A stretch of DNA of 64,000 nt from a virus, in IMG/VR virus record IMGVR_UViG_3300043772_001004, positions 38,736 through 102,735 of that record; one strand, 5' to 3'. Position 1 is the first letter of the stretch, and every line of letters starts with the position of its first letter. Shown here one piece after another: positions 29,955 to 40,793 of the stretch. The notes under the pieces were generated by a model that was not told where the DNA came from, ran no database searches, and was given only the letters and a program-made list of their open reading frames with translations. The position numbers and the translations under genes were made by a program.

Positions 29955-31571
29955 TTATAGAGAGCCACCAGTAACTGGGTTTCTCATAACAATTTTCAAG
30001 ACTTTAGTTGGATCTTTAACCCAAATAGCTGGCATTGTTTGAGACATCATTACACGGTAACCATTGAATTGTCCAGAAGACTGGAACCCTTGAGTTCTAC
30101 CCATGTAGTCCATAGTACCATTTTGATACCACCACTTCAATTGGTTGTCCCAAGAAAGTTTCAATAAGAAGATATTATCATTAGTGTTATCAGTGATATC
30201 AAAGATAATGAATGAGTAAGAAGATAATGGGAAACCATCAATGATTGGGTTCTCAATATCATTTGTATGAACATTGTCAAATGCTGGGTTAAGAACAAAC
30301 TTAACATTTGCCAAGAATGGAATTACATATGAAGTATAAGCAAATCCAAAGTTCAAGTCCATACCTTTACCAGTGATAGCACCAATATCAGCAGCCTGAA
30401 TTAATAAACCTGATGCAATAGCTTCTTGTCTAATGGCCTCATTAACCATTCTCATTCCACCCATACCAGTTTGTACAACCAATGATCTTTTTGGATCTGG
30501 TCCTTGGAACTCAACCTTACCATTGAAGAAGTTATAGATTTCTCCACGGAATAAGTCAAGAGTAAAGTTATTTTTGTTGTATACTCTTTTGAACGCATTG
30601 TTCAACTGTTGCCAAAGTCCAGTAGAAAGTCTGATGTCATCTGGTCCATCTTGCTTAACTCTACCACCTTGTCCCCACATTAAGTAAGTCTCAATGTCAC
30701 TTGCAATTTTAGTTAAGTGAGCAGCTTCCATTTGAGTTAAGAAAGTTCTAGAAAGATCTCCATTATCAAATGCTTTTTTAACTTTATCCTTACCTAAAAC
30801 TTTTACCATATCTTCTAAAGATGTGATAGAAGGATCATTAGTAGCACCAAAGTTTCTCCAGATCTCAGTTACAGGAACTGTACCATCTGCATTCATACCA
30901 CCTTTGATCATTAAATCTGCTCTTGAAGAAACTGAATAATGTACGTGAGCTTCAGCACCACCAACAAAGTTGTAGTACTCACGGAAACCAGTTCTTGTAG
31001 TGATGTCAGAGAATCTTTCACCATACTCACCTCTTGCAGAACCTTTTCTAAAGAATCTAGTTCCATTGTTTAAGTATGAGTTATCCAAGAATTTAGTGTT
31101 GTCATTGTTCACAAGTTGAACTGTGTAAACATAACCATCACCTAATGGAAGAATATCTTCATCTGTAATGTACATCTCAACCCCATTATATTTGTCATAA
31201 GTGATGATATCACCATGTCCAAACTCTCTGCGGCTTAATTTAATTCTAAAGGTTGTTCCATCAATACCTTTGAAAGTATTAAGTGGTTCAATATCCTCAA
31301 GAATGTATGGAAGATCTGTAGAGACAGGAGTCTGCCACTTATACTCTCCACGAGCATTATCTACCATAATTACATTTTTCCCACCAAAACTTGACATTTG
31401 GTAAAGAGGCATTTCTACCTTTTGAGACATAGCCCAAAGGTCAACTGGACCTAAATCCATAGGTTCAGCATCTTTTAGCATGTTTACCAAGTGGTAAGAA
31501 TCCACATGGGAACTTGCATTGTAAGCGGTATCCCGAAGGAATATACCATTGTTTAAAATTGGAGTTGCCAT
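29955..31571 (-). CDS. Major capsid protein (crAss-like HK97 fold)
   Basis: 538 aa after TerL-portal-scaffold; E-x-YLMWG..GLWQQ..TGMGG..IWVKDPTK pattern. Confidence 0.85.
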   Translation of the reverse strand: MATPILNNGIFLRDTAYNASSHVDSYHLVNMLKDAEPMDLGPVDLWAMSQKVEMPLYQMSSFGGKNVIMVDNARGEYKWQTPVSTDLPYILEDIEPLNTFKGIDGTTFRIKLSRREFGHGDIITYDKYNGVEMYITDEDILPLGDGYVYTVQLVNNDNTKFLDNSYLNNGTRFFRKGSARGEYGERFSDITTRTGFREYYNFVGGAEAHVHYSVSSRADLMIKGGMNADGTVPVTEIWRNFGATNDPSITSLEDMVKVLGKDKVKKAFDNGDLSRTFLTQMEAAHLTKIASDIETYLMWGQGGRVKQDGPDDIRLSTGLWQQLNNAFKRVYNKNNFTLDLFRGEIYNFFNGKVEFQGPDPKRSLVVQTGMGGMRMVNEAIRQEAIASGLLIQAADIGAITGKGMDLNFGFAYTSYVIPFLANVKFVLNPAFDNVHTNDIENPIIDGFPLSSYSFIIFDITDNTNDNIFLLKLSWDNQLKWWYQNGTMDYMGRTQGFQSSGQFNGYRVMMSQTMPAIWVKDPTKVLKIVMRNPVTGGSL

Positions 31572-31600
31572 TTTTTATATTTGTTTTATTTGTTACTTAA

Positions 31601-32854
31601 TTAAAATCTTTTAAATAGATTATTTTTTGTTAATTTTTTAGGTTGTGAAGGAGCAGATGGTCTTCTTGGTTGTTCATCATATTGTGAATTTGTAGATGAT
31701 GTTAACCTTCTAGACTGTTCAGTTTTTAATTGCTTAACTACTTTTTCAGTTGCTTGCTTGCTACCTTGTTCTTTAACTCTGTTTTTATATCCATTTGGAT
31801 CTGCCAATAACCAAAGTGCTTCAGCAATTAGGTCATGTCTTGGCTCTACAAACTGGTACTTCTCTAATAAGTGTCCAAGTAAGTTTGTAGGTTTACCAGA
31901 AATAGATGGATAATTAGGTTGAACTAATCCGGAGAACAACAAGCTTTGTATTTTTTTATCTAATTTAATTCCTCCAATAGCTCCTGCAGATAATGTATTG
32001 TATACATTTTCCTGGTATGCTTTGGCTTGCTCAGCTTGTAATTGTTTTCTTTCTTCTTGTTCTTCAAGTTGTTGCTGTACAATTTCAGCTTGCATTGCAT
32101 CAAGCTTAGGTTTAAATTGATTTGCTTTTTGCTCAAGTCTGTTTAAATCTTTCCAGTCTTGGATTTCTTCTTCAATCTCTTCAGGAGTACCAAATTGAGT
32201 AGCATGTAAATACTGTCTTGCAATTTCTGCTTGATCATATTCATCTGATGGATCAAGTTGTCTCATCTCTTCTACATGAGCAAGAGTTCTAAACAGTCCT
32301 TTAAGATCAGTACCACCATCAGCAACATATTTAGCTGCAACTTGAAGTTCTTCTGGCAATGCCTCAAAGAATTCTCTTGGTGTATCTCTTCTAACTTGTT
32401 CTTCTCTTTCTTGAAAATTTGCTTCAAATAGTTCACGGAAATCTTTTGTTGTGTATTCTTCTAATGGTTTATCATCTTCAAAAGGAATAAGTGTTCCTTC
32501 ATCTATCATCTTAATAGCTAGATCATACAAACCTGATTTATCTACTTTTGGTCTTCCTTTATTACCTGCATCTTCTTCCTGTGTGATAAGTTCATTAAGC
32601 TCATTGATTGTACTTTCAATCTCTTCTGGCTTAACATCTTCCTCATCTTTTTTTTCAGAGTCAGTTTTTTTGTCAAAGAACGATGTATCTACACTTTCCT
32701 TAGAAAACATAGATTTTGGTTTCTCTTCTTCTGCTGGGAGCATTACACTTTCTGCCCCAGGCATTCCAAAGATTTCATCAATATTTACATCCACTTGTCC
32801 TACCGCTGTAGAATCTTCTACCTGATTATCAGGATTTTCAATGTTTTCACTCAT
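31601..32854 (-). CDS. Acidic scaffold-like protein
   Basis: Very acidic, coiled-coil, located between portal and MCP. Confidence 0.6.
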   Translation of the reverse strand: MSENIENPDNQVEDSTAVGQVDVNIDEIFGMPGAESVMLPAEEEKPKSMFSKESVDTSFFDKKTDSEKKDEEDVKPEEIESTINELNELITQEEDAGNKGRPKVDKSGLYDLAIKMIDEGTLIPFEDDKPLEEYTTKDFRELFEANFQEREEQVRRDTPREFFEALPEELQVAAKYVADGGTDLKGLFRTLAHVEEMRQLDPSDEYDQAEIARQYLHATQFGTPEEIEEEIQDWKDLNRLEQKANQFKPKLDAMQAEIVQQQLEEQEERKQLQAEQAKAYQENVYNTLSAGAIGGIKLDKKIQSLLFSGLVQPNYPSISGKPTNLLGHLLEKYQFVEPRHDLIAEALWLLADPNGYKNRVKEQGSKQATEKVVKQLKTEQSRRLTSSTNSQYDEQPRRPSAPSQPKKLTKNNLFKRF

Positions 32855-32942
32855 CTTGTTGGTTTTATGTTATACTTTAATATACAGAATAAACTTCAAA
32901 AATTTAATCTTCTAGAAAAAAATACTGTAATATATAGCTAAG

Positions 32943-35687
32943 TTATTTTTCTTTCTTTGGATTGCCATCATATTTGTTTTTGTTTTCCTGTGCAATTTGT
33001 AGTTGTTTCTCTGCAATTTCCCTTTCTGTCTGAAGTCTTTCTCTTTCTATCTGGTTCTTCTGGTTCTCAATAGTCATTCTATTTACTTCTTTTTCTCTTT
33101 GAAGTCCAGTTTGTTCTTGATACTGTTCAGTCTCTCTAATATCTTTCATTGCATCTCTATAGTCAGACATTTGATTTTGATCAACATCTGCCGTAGCTCC
33201 ATAACCTGCAGCTCTAATTTCAGCAACCAAGATATCTCTTTGTCTGTTTTTCTCATTTTCAGCAGCAACAGAATCAATCTTCATTTGCTCAATCTCTTGT
33301 TGTTTTTGAAGTTGTTCTTGTTGCATTTGCTGTTGCTGTTGCATTTCTTGTTGTTTCTGCTGTTGTTGTTTTTGTTCAGAATCCTTAAGAACAACATTAA
33401 GAGCAGCAATAGAGTCTGACTGAACAACTTTACCTAGATCAAAAATAGATGCGCCTGTAGTATTATTTTGAATTGCCATTTGCTTTAACTGCTCAAGAAT
33501 AGCTCTATGATTTGCATTAGTACTAATAGCAATATTAAGATCTCTAAGTAAAAGATCAGTACCGTTAATTTCAAAGTTTACTTTCTCATCTGCAGAAGTA
33601 ATATAAGTTAATCTAGCAGATGGTTTAGTAGAATGATAGTATTGAGCTAAGTCAGTTCTCATCTGATGCACCCTAGGCATTAGATAATCACAATGCTGAA
33701 TAAAGAATATTTCTGTTTGAGCATAAGATGCTTGCATTGCCTGTTCTACTCCGGTAGCAGTTGATTGAGATAATTGTTGCCCCATTCTTTGAGGGTTAAC
33801 TCCAATTACTTCATATGCTTGTTGTTTAAAGTAGTTAGCTAAATTTATCCTAGACATTAATCTATTTGTTTGTTCTAGATCTAGTTTTTGGAAGTGTTGG
33901 AAGTTTAATGCATTCTCTGTATTTGTGATAGATGTATCTAAAGGAAGAATCTGGAAATTCTTCATTGCTACATAAGCTTTAGCATAATTACCTTTACCCC
34001 AATCTTCACCTAATGAATGTCTTGGTAAAGAGTTTTGATCAAGCATGATTACTGTACCAAGCTCATCAATTAATATATCTGCAATCTGATTGTTTACAAT
34101 GTTATATCCAATCTGGTATGGCTTCATTAAGTCAATAAGTGCAGTAGACTTAGTATTTCTATCTGAGAATACAGATCCTTCTACAGGAAGTTTACATCCA
34201 TATAAATTAGAATCTCCTTTAAACTGAAACTTAAGTGGGCCAATGTGGTTTCTATTTACACCAATATAGATAGGTGAGAATCCACCTGGGTTATTCATAC
34301 CCCAGAATGAAGGTACATTTGGTCCTATTTTTACTCCACCCCATACCTCATTAATCCAGATCCAATCTATATGCTCTCCAAAAAGTAAATTATCTTTTGT
34401 TTTATTTTTAAAGAGTCTAGTATCATATATTGGTTTATCTGTTATCTTATAGTCTTCTGTAACTATATCATTACTTACTTCACCTTCTTCTGTGATCTTT
34501 ACAAGATGTCCAACTTTTCTTTGTGACTTCCAGTATGCTTGAGTTACTCTAAGTAAGTATGCCGTACCTTGATCATAGTAATCTTCACCCTGAGAAAGTA
34601 TCTGAGTAACAACATCTGCTCCATCTAATACATTACCAGACATGAAAGATGTGTATTGTCTATATGCAAGAGATGGCATATTAGTATTCCATTCATGTGT
34701 TTTTGTACCATCATAGAATGAACCATCATTTTGTAGACCCCCAATATTATATCCAGCAGATCTAATTGGATATACAGACTCTAGAGCCTCATGTTGTTCT
34801 GTAGTAAGTAAGTGTCCAAATTTATCAATTACATCTGACACAGTGTACATATCTGTTTTACCTACCCAGTTTCCTTGTGAGGTATATCTAACATCTGGAG
34901 ACTTGTGATAGAATGTTAAAAGTGGATTCCATAATTCTACATCATAGTCATCTTCCATCATGTGAAAATGCCAGAACTCTCTATCAGTAATAAGCATATC
35001 TCTAAATGCTCTTTCCTCAAGTTCATCCATTCTAAATCTTTCTACATCTACTTTATGCTGATGTTCTGCCCACTGCTCTACCATTGAACGGTAATCTTTT
35101 TTGAAAAACTGTTCAATCTCTGGTAAAGTTTTTAAATTTTCAGGCTGTAGTTGTTTTGTGGCTTCTTCTGAATTTGGATCTAAACCTTGTTCAAGCATAG
35201 CTGCTAACATTTTAGTTGCAGCATCTGCCATTAAAGTTTGCTCAACCATTCCTCTTTTTTGCTCAAGCATCTCATTGTAAGAGAAATCATCAATGGCTCT
35301 ATAGGTAAGTCTAGTAGATCTTTTAGCAAATTCAGCTACTAGTACATTAACAACATTGGGTATAATAGGATAAAACTTTAGTTCAAGGGCTGATACATCT
35401 TCTTTGGTTAATACCTCTATAATATCTTTATACTCATTATCCTCTTCAAAAATATAGTCAGATCTATCAATTACCCCTTTTGCAAGTTTATAGTTTTTTA
35501 GTAACCGTCTAGCATTTCTTCTTATTTGTTTTAATCCTTGCCATTCTAACCAGTCTAAGTTCCAGGCAGCCCATTCTTCAGTTTTATCTTTTTTAGGTAA
35601 AAACTGTAATGGTTGGGTAATACTACCTAATCTATTCTGTTCTGTTTTAGCTCCTTTCTTAAGTTGTAATGCGTTATATACTTGCAT
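32943..35687 (-). CDS. Portal protein
   Basis: 914 aa after TerL; YPIIPNVVNVL, WINEVWGG, LMKPYQIGYNI, GVNPQRMG and Q-rich barrel. Confidence 0.9.
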   Translation of the reverse strand: MQVYNALQLKKGAKTEQNRLGSITQPLQFLPKKDKTEEWAAWNLDWLEWQGLKQIRRNARRLLKNYKLAKGVIDRSDYIFEEDNEYKDIIEVLTKEDVSALELKFYPIIPNVVNVLVAEFAKRSTRLTYRAIDDFSYNEMLEQKRGMVEQTLMADAATKMLAAMLEQGLDPNSEEATKQLQPENLKTLPEIEQFFKKDYRSMVEQWAEHQHKVDVERFRMDELEERAFRDMLITDREFWHFHMMEDDYDVELWNPLLTFYHKSPDVRYTSQGNWVGKTDMYTVSDVIDKFGHLLTTEQHEALESVYPIRSAGYNIGGLQNDGSFYDGTKTHEWNTNMPSLAYRQYTSFMSGNVLDGADVVTQILSQGEDYYDQGTAYLLRVTQAYWKSQRKVGHLVKITEEGEVSNDIVTEDYKITDKPIYDTRLFKNKTKDNLLFGEHIDWIWINEVWGGVKIGPNVPSFWGMNNPGGFSPIYIGVNRNHIGPLKFQFKGDSNLYGCKLPVEGSVFSDRNTKSTALIDLMKPYQIGYNIVNNQIADILIDELGTVIMLDQNSLPRHSLGEDWGKGNYAKAYVAMKNFQILPLDTSITNTENALNFQHFQKLDLEQTNRLMSRINLANYFKQQAYEVIGVNPQRMGQQLSQSTATGVEQAMQASYAQTEIFFIQHCDYLMPRVHQMRTDLAQYYHSTKPSARLTYITSADEKVNFEINGTDLLLRDLNIAISTNANHRAILEQLKQMAIQNNTTGASIFDLGKVVQSDSIAALNVVLKDSEQKQQQQKQQEMQQQQQMQQEQLQKQQEIEQMKIDSVAAENEKNRQRDILVAEIRAAGYGATADVDQNQMSDYRDAMKDIRETEQYQEQTGLQREKEVNRMTIENQKNQIERERLQTEREIAEKQLQIAQENKNKYDGNPKKEK

Positions 35688-35693
35688 AACCTA

Positions 35694-37892
35694 TTATTTA
35701 ATATTTTTAAATGCAGATCTTTTAAACCCTCCACTACTGTTCATCATTTTATTCCCCATATGTTTAAACGGACTCTTATTTAATTTAAACAAATTTTCTG
35801 ACTTTTGCAAGTTTTTAGCAGCATCATCCATTATTGCTCTTCTTAAATAACCTCTGTTAGATTGTTGTATTTTCATGAACCCAACCAATGCTGCAAAAGA
35901 AACCAGTCTATCCACGTTTACACCTTCTGAGTATTCTCTCATCTCTTTGATTAACATTGGATCAGGAATTCTTTCTATACCATAAACTGTTTTTACTACA
36001 GTACCATCTGGTTTTACTTCTTGATCTAATTCTTCTTTAGTATATTCTATAGCATAGCTTAGTAAGTGTGCTTTAAATAATGTACCGGTATTTTTCCATC
36101 CATATTCTTGAAACACATTGTTGTTAGAACCTAAGTCTTTTAGAAACATAATCTGACTTTTTGGAACTAAATACCTTTGCTTTCTTCTTTGGATCATGTA
36201 CTGTATAAACAATGAGATATTATTTTCTACTAGTGCCCAAGCATTATACCACTCTATTATAAGTTCTAATTGTTTATGTGTTTGATTAATATCATCATAT
36301 CTACCACACCAAGCTGCTACTATTTTATCTTGTTCTATATATGTCTCTATCTCAGTACCTGTATGTCTTGCTACTTGTACTGGAGCTTTCATTATATATA
36401 TGGAACATAGTGATTCTGAGGTAGTTGTCTTTCCTTCACCAACAGGGTCAATAGATGCATAATACTGTCCAAATTGTGGATCTGCAATAGGTCTTTCCCA
36501 AACAACTAGACATCCAGTTTTATCTTCTGTCTTCTTATTAACTGGGAATTCCATGATAGGCCTTTTGTTACTTTTTGTAACTATAGCTTTTCCTTCTGCA
36601 TCTGCAGAAATATCTAAGAACTCATAAGCATATTCTTTTTCTTCTATTCTTCTTTCCTGTGCAGCAAGAAGATGTGGTGGGAATACAGATACTGTTCTAT
36701 GGGCAAATGCCTCTCTAATATTTCTAGGATGCTGAGAGATTCTTAACTGATAATCTTCTGGGGCAAGTTCTTCCTTCCACTGTTTAAACTGTTTGTCCAA
36801 TGCTTCTAATGCATCTTCTACAAGTGAATTACCATAATCATCTATGTGTGGAGGCATAGACCATTGCTCAGGAATAAACAAACCTGAGAGACCTGTTGTT
36901 CCTTTCTCATCTATTAGATCTGTTTCCACTGCATAGATATCTTTAGATGTAGGATTTAAGATCATGTCCTTAAGTGGAAGACATTGTGATAAATCACCCA
37001 CAGATCCTGCAGCTATAAATACTCCTGTAGTAAGTAAACCAGATCTCATTGCTGGTCTCATGTACTCATATGTATGGTCCATCTTAGGTGCAATCCCAGC
37101 TTCTTCATGAAAGAAGTATTTAACTGGACCCCCTACACCATTTGTTGGATCTTTCTCAAATGACATGCCTTGCATTGTACCTTTAAGACCAACTTCATTT
37201 TTTCTATCTCCTTTTCTTACTTCAATCTTCTGTTGCCACATCATTACTTTATGTGGAGTCATTGGCCTATACCATGCAGTATGCTCATTTAAGAAAGCAG
37301 CATATTCATCTAAGAACTTCCAAGAACCTTTCTCATTTATATAATCTTTAAGACTTGCTCCTATTTTCAGAGTAACCCCAGCTTCAAACCAAATCTGGTT
37401 TAATAGCTTAGCCATGTGAAAATAAGAAGAAGCTATCTGTCTTTTTTTAAGAATAGCTACATGCTTATAGTTGAGCTCTGCCAATAGTTCATAGAGGGCC
37501 ATGTGATATTGGGCATCCCTGATTTTAGCAAAGTCAAAGATTTGTTGTTCCTTATCAAATATTGGTAAGAAATTGAGCCACATATAGTAATCTCTTGTAA
37601 GATACCAAGTGTTTTCTCCTGACTTGTAAATAACTCCTCTTCTACATCTAAGCTTTTGTTCATCCCAGTAATTGATGAAGTCTTTGGACTTAAATGGAGA
37701 GTCGCAGTAATATCCATTTCCTCTAAAGGTTCTTGATTCAGAATTAAATAATAAGCTAGTTTCATCAAAATTATATTTACCAGGTTCTTTAAAAATGTCT
37801 CTTATAAATGTAGCAAAGTCTTCTCTTGAAGAAAAGTCTGTAACAGTCCAAGTTCCATTGTCATAGGTTGGTATGTTTTCAAATATCTCCAT
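35694..37892 (-). CDS. terL: Terminase large subunit
   Basis: LKKRQIASSY Walker-A-like, FFHEEAG Walker-B, SIDPV nuclease motif, ENN, C-terminal DR. Confidence 0.92.
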   Translation of the reverse strand: MEIFENIPTYDNGTWTVTDFSSREDFATFIRDIFKEPGKYNFDETSLLFNSESRTFRGNGYYCDSPFKSKDFINYWDEQKLRCRRGVIYKSGENTWYLTRDYYMWLNFLPIFDKEQQIFDFAKIRDAQYHMALYELLAELNYKHVAILKKRQIASSYFHMAKLLNQIWFEAGVTLKIGASLKDYINEKGSWKFLDEYAAFLNEHTAWYRPMTPHKVMMWQQKIEVRKGDRKNEVGLKGTMQGMSFEKDPTNGVGGPVKYFFHEEAGIAPKMDHTYEYMRPAMRSGLLTTGVFIAAGSVGDLSQCLPLKDMILNPTSKDIYAVETDLIDEKGTTGLSGLFIPEQWSMPPHIDDYGNSLVEDALEALDKQFKQWKEELAPEDYQLRISQHPRNIREAFAHRTVSVFPPHLLAAQERRIEEKEYAYEFLDISADAEGKAIVTKSNKRPIMEFPVNKKTEDKTGCLVVWERPIADPQFGQYYASIDPVGEGKTTTSESLCSIYIMKAPVQVARHTGTEIETYIEQDKIVAAWCGRYDDINQTHKQLELIIEWYNAWALVENNISLFIQYMIQRRKQRYLVPKSQIMFLKDLGSNNNVFQEYGWKNTGTLFKAHLLSYAIEYTKEELDQEVKPDGTVVKTVYGIERIPDPMLIKEMREYSEGVNVDRLVSFAALVGFMKIQQSNRGYLRRAIMDDAAKNLQKSENLFKLNKSPFKHMGNKMMNSSGGFKRSAFKNIK

Positions 37893-38407
37893 TACTGATC
37901 ATATGCCATTCCAATACCACCTCTTACTCTACTAGATTGTTCTTCCTGTAGATCTTTATATGCACCTTTAAATGATGCTCTAATTGCCTCATAGTTCTTA
38001 GCAGCATTTACTAAAGCTGTAATATTACCATCCCGCCCGTGTGTGATAGGTGTAGTTTCCATATATCTACCTAATCTATCTAACATGGATGCAATACCTT
38101 TGTATGCTCTGGATGTAGGTGTTTCATACATTCTCTGGCAAAACTGTAATGCTATGTATATATCTTCATCTTCAGTAGAAAAATCTGCATCTATTTGTTC
38201 CAGAATTAAAGACTCCTTATCTAAATCCGGTGTATAGAAAAATGGATTAAGATCTGGATTAGGACATGTCATATAAAATAAGTACTGATATATCTTGATA
38301 TAGTTATCAGGATAGTTATCCATAACCATCTTAAGTGCCTTCAAGGTATAGCAATGTTCTGTGGGAATTACTTTACCATTCTGTATGTCAAATAGTTTTA
38401 CAATCAT
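37892..38407 (-). CDS. Conserved protein upstream of TerL (possible small terminase)
   Basis: Adjacent to TerL; C-terminal RVRGG. Confidence 0.45.
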   Translation of the reverse strand: MIVKLFDIQNGKVIPTEHCYTLKALKMVMDNYPDNYIKIYQYLFYMTCPNPDLNPFFYTPDLDKESLILEQIDADFSTEDEDIYIALQFCQRMYETPTSRAYKGIASMLDRLGRYMETTPITHGRDGNITALVNAAKNYEAIRASFKGAYKDLQEEQSSRVRGGIGMAYDQ

Positions 38408-39237
38408 TTCTTTTTAATTTTATCTTTATTATCATGCAAGTAATGCATAATAGCTGTTACTTCATCTTTTAGATAAGGTATCTCCATTTGTACTACATCT
38501 TTAACAATAGGGTCACCATTGTCATCATAGCTTGTTAATGGATACCCATATCTATCTTCCCCCTCTGTCTCAAATAGTATATGATGAATAAATATTTTCC
38601 CAGGTTGCAATTTGGGATTATGCTTTAGAATCATATACATATAAATACTTAGCTGTAAACAGTAGTGATTAAAATTACAGTCATCTAAATTAGATACAGG
38701 AGAGAGTAACTTTTCAGAAACTCCCTCCCAATCTTTGTATGATTCAGTCTTGATCTCTTTATTAGTTTTGTAATCAATAATGTTTATTTTACCATTAACT
38801 ACTTCTACGAGATCTGACTGACCACAGATGCCTACTGATTTAAGATAAACCATATGCTCTGGATACACGCCTGGCTCTAATTTTTGTGTAGGAGCTGTCT
38901 TAATTCCATTTGCTAAATCATTAGGTTTAAACACTGGAACTGTAACACCTTCTCTTTCTATTGAAGCTAAAGAACATAAGTCAGCTTCTCTTTGGTTATG
39001 ATAGAATGTTCCAAGAGTAACTGCTCTTTCTGATTCTGCATTCCAAATAGATATAATATCTTTTGGTGAAAAGCCATACCATTTAGATCTCTTATTCTTA
39101 CATACCTTCTTTGCAATTTTCTCTGCATCAAAAGGTTTTTTAAAATGAGATACTAGTGTAGTAACACTTATCCAATTAATCTCTGAGCCATCATTGCTTT
39201 TATAGCTATGATCTTTGGCATTAAATACTATACTCAT
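38404..39237 (-). CDS. PD-(D/E)XK exonuclease (Cas4/lambda-exo-like)
   Basis: SVTT, GTFYH, E..GQSDL..IIDYKT, YCLQLSIY motifs. Confidence 0.85.
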   Translation of the reverse strand: MSIVFNAKDHSYKSNDGSEINWISVTTLVSHFKKPFDAEKIAKKVCKNKRSKWYGFSPKDIISIWNAESERAVTLGTFYHNQREADLCSLASIEREGVTVPVFKPNDLANGIKTAPTQKLEPGVYPEHMVYLKSVGICGQSDLVEVVNGKINIIDYKTNKEIKTESYKDWEGVSEKLLSPVSNLDDCNFNHYCLQLSIYMYMILKHNPKLQPGKIFIHHILFETEGEDRYGYPLTSYDDNGDPIVKDVVQMEIPYLKDEVTAIMHYLHDNKDKIKKK

Positions 39238-39527
39238 AGTTTTTCTAATTGTTGTTCTTCTTCTTCTGTACTAATAGCTTGCCATTTACCAAGAGGACAT
39301 TCTGAAGCTAATGATCTGGTTTTAAATGTAAGTGAACACCCACATTCATTGCAACAAGGTGCTGTTCCTTTTACTGCACATTTTCTACCTTTGCTTGGAC
39401 AACTATCACAGATATCATATCTAAGTCTAGATATTTCTTCTACTGTTTCATCTCTAATAACACTATTAGTTATCCCCTCCACTATCTGTTTCCGGTTTTC
39501 CCAAATTAGTTTTAGTGTATTTTTCAT
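39234..39527 (-). CDS. Small Cys-rich (metal-binding) protein
   Basis: RYDICDSC..CNECGC..CPLGKW. Confidence 0.7.
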   Translation of the reverse strand: MKNTLKLIWENRKQIVEGITNSVIRDETVEEISRLRYDICDSCPSKGRKCAVKGTAPCCNECGCSLTFKTRSLASECPLGKWQAISTEEEEQQLEKL

Positions 39528-39873
39528 CTTTAAAGTTTTTTCTTTTTAGTAATTCATTTTCTGCCTTATCATGAATTTTATTTAAAAGATCTAATTTCTC
39601 TTCTACATTCTTTTTATTATGATAAGCACCAAATGTAGAGACATCATGATTCTTTAAAACCTTTTCATAATGGGGAATTGCTTTTTTTACCTTTTGAATT
39701 TTAATTACAAAATGACCTAAACCATCTACATTTATTCTTAAATCAGTAAGATTGCTTAGTTTTTTTCTTAATGTTTTATAATAAAATTCAATTAAATCTT
39801 CTGCTAAACCTTCTTGTATTTCAAACTCCTTAGTTAGTTCTTTGTATAATTTATTTGCCTTCTTTGGAGTCAT
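39466..39873 (-). CDS. HU/IHF-like protein
   Basis: Helix-helix then RINVDGLGHFVIK. Confidence 0.55.
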   Translation of the reverse strand: MTPKKANKLYKELTKEFEIQEGLAEDLIEFYYKTLRKKLSNLTDLRINVDGLGHFVIKIQKVKKAIPHYEKVLKNHDVSTFGAYHNKKNVEEKLDLLNKIHDKAENELLKRKNFKDEKYTKTNLGKPETDSGGDN

Positions 39874-40231
39874 TACTTAAAAATTTAAAATCTAAAAGTA
39901 TAATACCTTCTGTTTGAACTTTTAAATCAGGATTTAACATTATAAATTTTTTATTGTTAGGATCCTTGATAACAAGTTTATTTTTCTCAGCTTTATTTAT
40001 ACAATTTCTAACAGTTTGCGGAGATTTAAAAATCCAATCTTCTTCTGAAGAAGCATCAAGACAAAAATTACTTAGTTCTATTGGTTGATTGAAACTAAGT
40101 AAAGCAAGGCAATTTAAATCAGATTCACTTAATGATACTCTATTAATATAAGAATATGTAAGGATCTGGAATTTAACTACATCCCATTTAGGCATTTTAA
40201 CCTTTTTCTGAACTTGATTAACAAGTGCCAT
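39851..40231 (-). CDS. Hypothetical, possible winged-helix DNA-binding protein
   Basis: SPQTVRNCINKAEKNKLVIK resembles an HTH plus wing. Confidence 0.45.
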   Translation of the reverse strand: MALVNQVQKKVKMPKWDVVKFQILTYSYINRVSLSESDLNCLALLSFNQPIELSNFCLDASSEEDWIFKSPQTVRNCINKAEKNKLVIKDPNNKKFIMLNPDLKVQTEGIILLDFKFLSNDSKEGK

Positions 40232-40512
40232 TAACCTCTTTTAAGTTTTTTACCATTAGAAGGTGCTTGTTCTGTAGGCATTGTAGAATCATCTTCTTCT
40301 TGTGTAGGTTGAGCAGCAGCCATCATTGTTGCATATTGCATTTGCATTGAAACTCTTTTGTACCTAGCTTCTTCAACTTCTGTAAGCAGTTTCTCATATT
40401 TAGCTTGTGCTTCTAAATAAGGAACTGAGCTTTCATAAAATTGTTTCATTTCTTCTCTTCTAGCTTCTAACTGTTCTGGAGATAGTTGCTCATTCATTTG
40501 TTGGTTTTCCAT
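40231..40512 (-). CDS. Hypothetical coiled-coil protein
   Basis: ORF track; TATATTTG upstream. Confidence 0.6.
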   Translation of the reverse strand: MENQQMNEQLSPEQLEARREEMKQFYESSVPYLEAQAKYEKLLTEVEEARYKRVSMQMQYATMMAAAQPTQEEDDSTMPTEQAPSNGKKLKRG

Positions 40513-40633
40513 AATATTTTTATTTAAAGTTTACACAAATATATATAAAATAAGTTTAAATAAAACAAGTTTAAAATAAAATCCAGGCATAGTATATACC
40601 TGGATCACCTTACTTAGAGAAGTTTAAGTAATA

Positions 40634-40792
40634 TTATCTGTTCTTAATAGTAAGATTTAATATGGTCAGTAAGTAAAAGTTTCTAGATATATCCATTTCA
40701 AATGAAAGAATATCTAATGAAGACAATCTTACTCTAATCATTATCTTATCCCATTGTTTTGTGGATGATTTCCAAGAGTTTCTAAATTTCAT
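40634..40792 (-). CDS. Small hypothetical protein (52 aa)
   Basis: Not in track. MKFRNSWKSSTKQWDK... begins just after the amidase stop. Confidence 0.55.
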   Translation of the reverse strand: MKFRNSWKSSTKQWDKIMIRVRLSSLDILSFEMDISRNFYLLTILNLTIKNR

Positions 40793-40793
40793 A

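Noticed and set aside
35694-37892. Introns or inteins in terL, portal or MCP
   Set aside because: ORFs are continuous and of expected size, with no intein or homing-endonuclease motifs noticed
38404-39237. Cas4-like nuclease as part of a CRISPR system
   Set aside because: No repeat-spacer array or other cas genes seen; a PD-(D/E)XK nuclease near terL is ordinary in these phages
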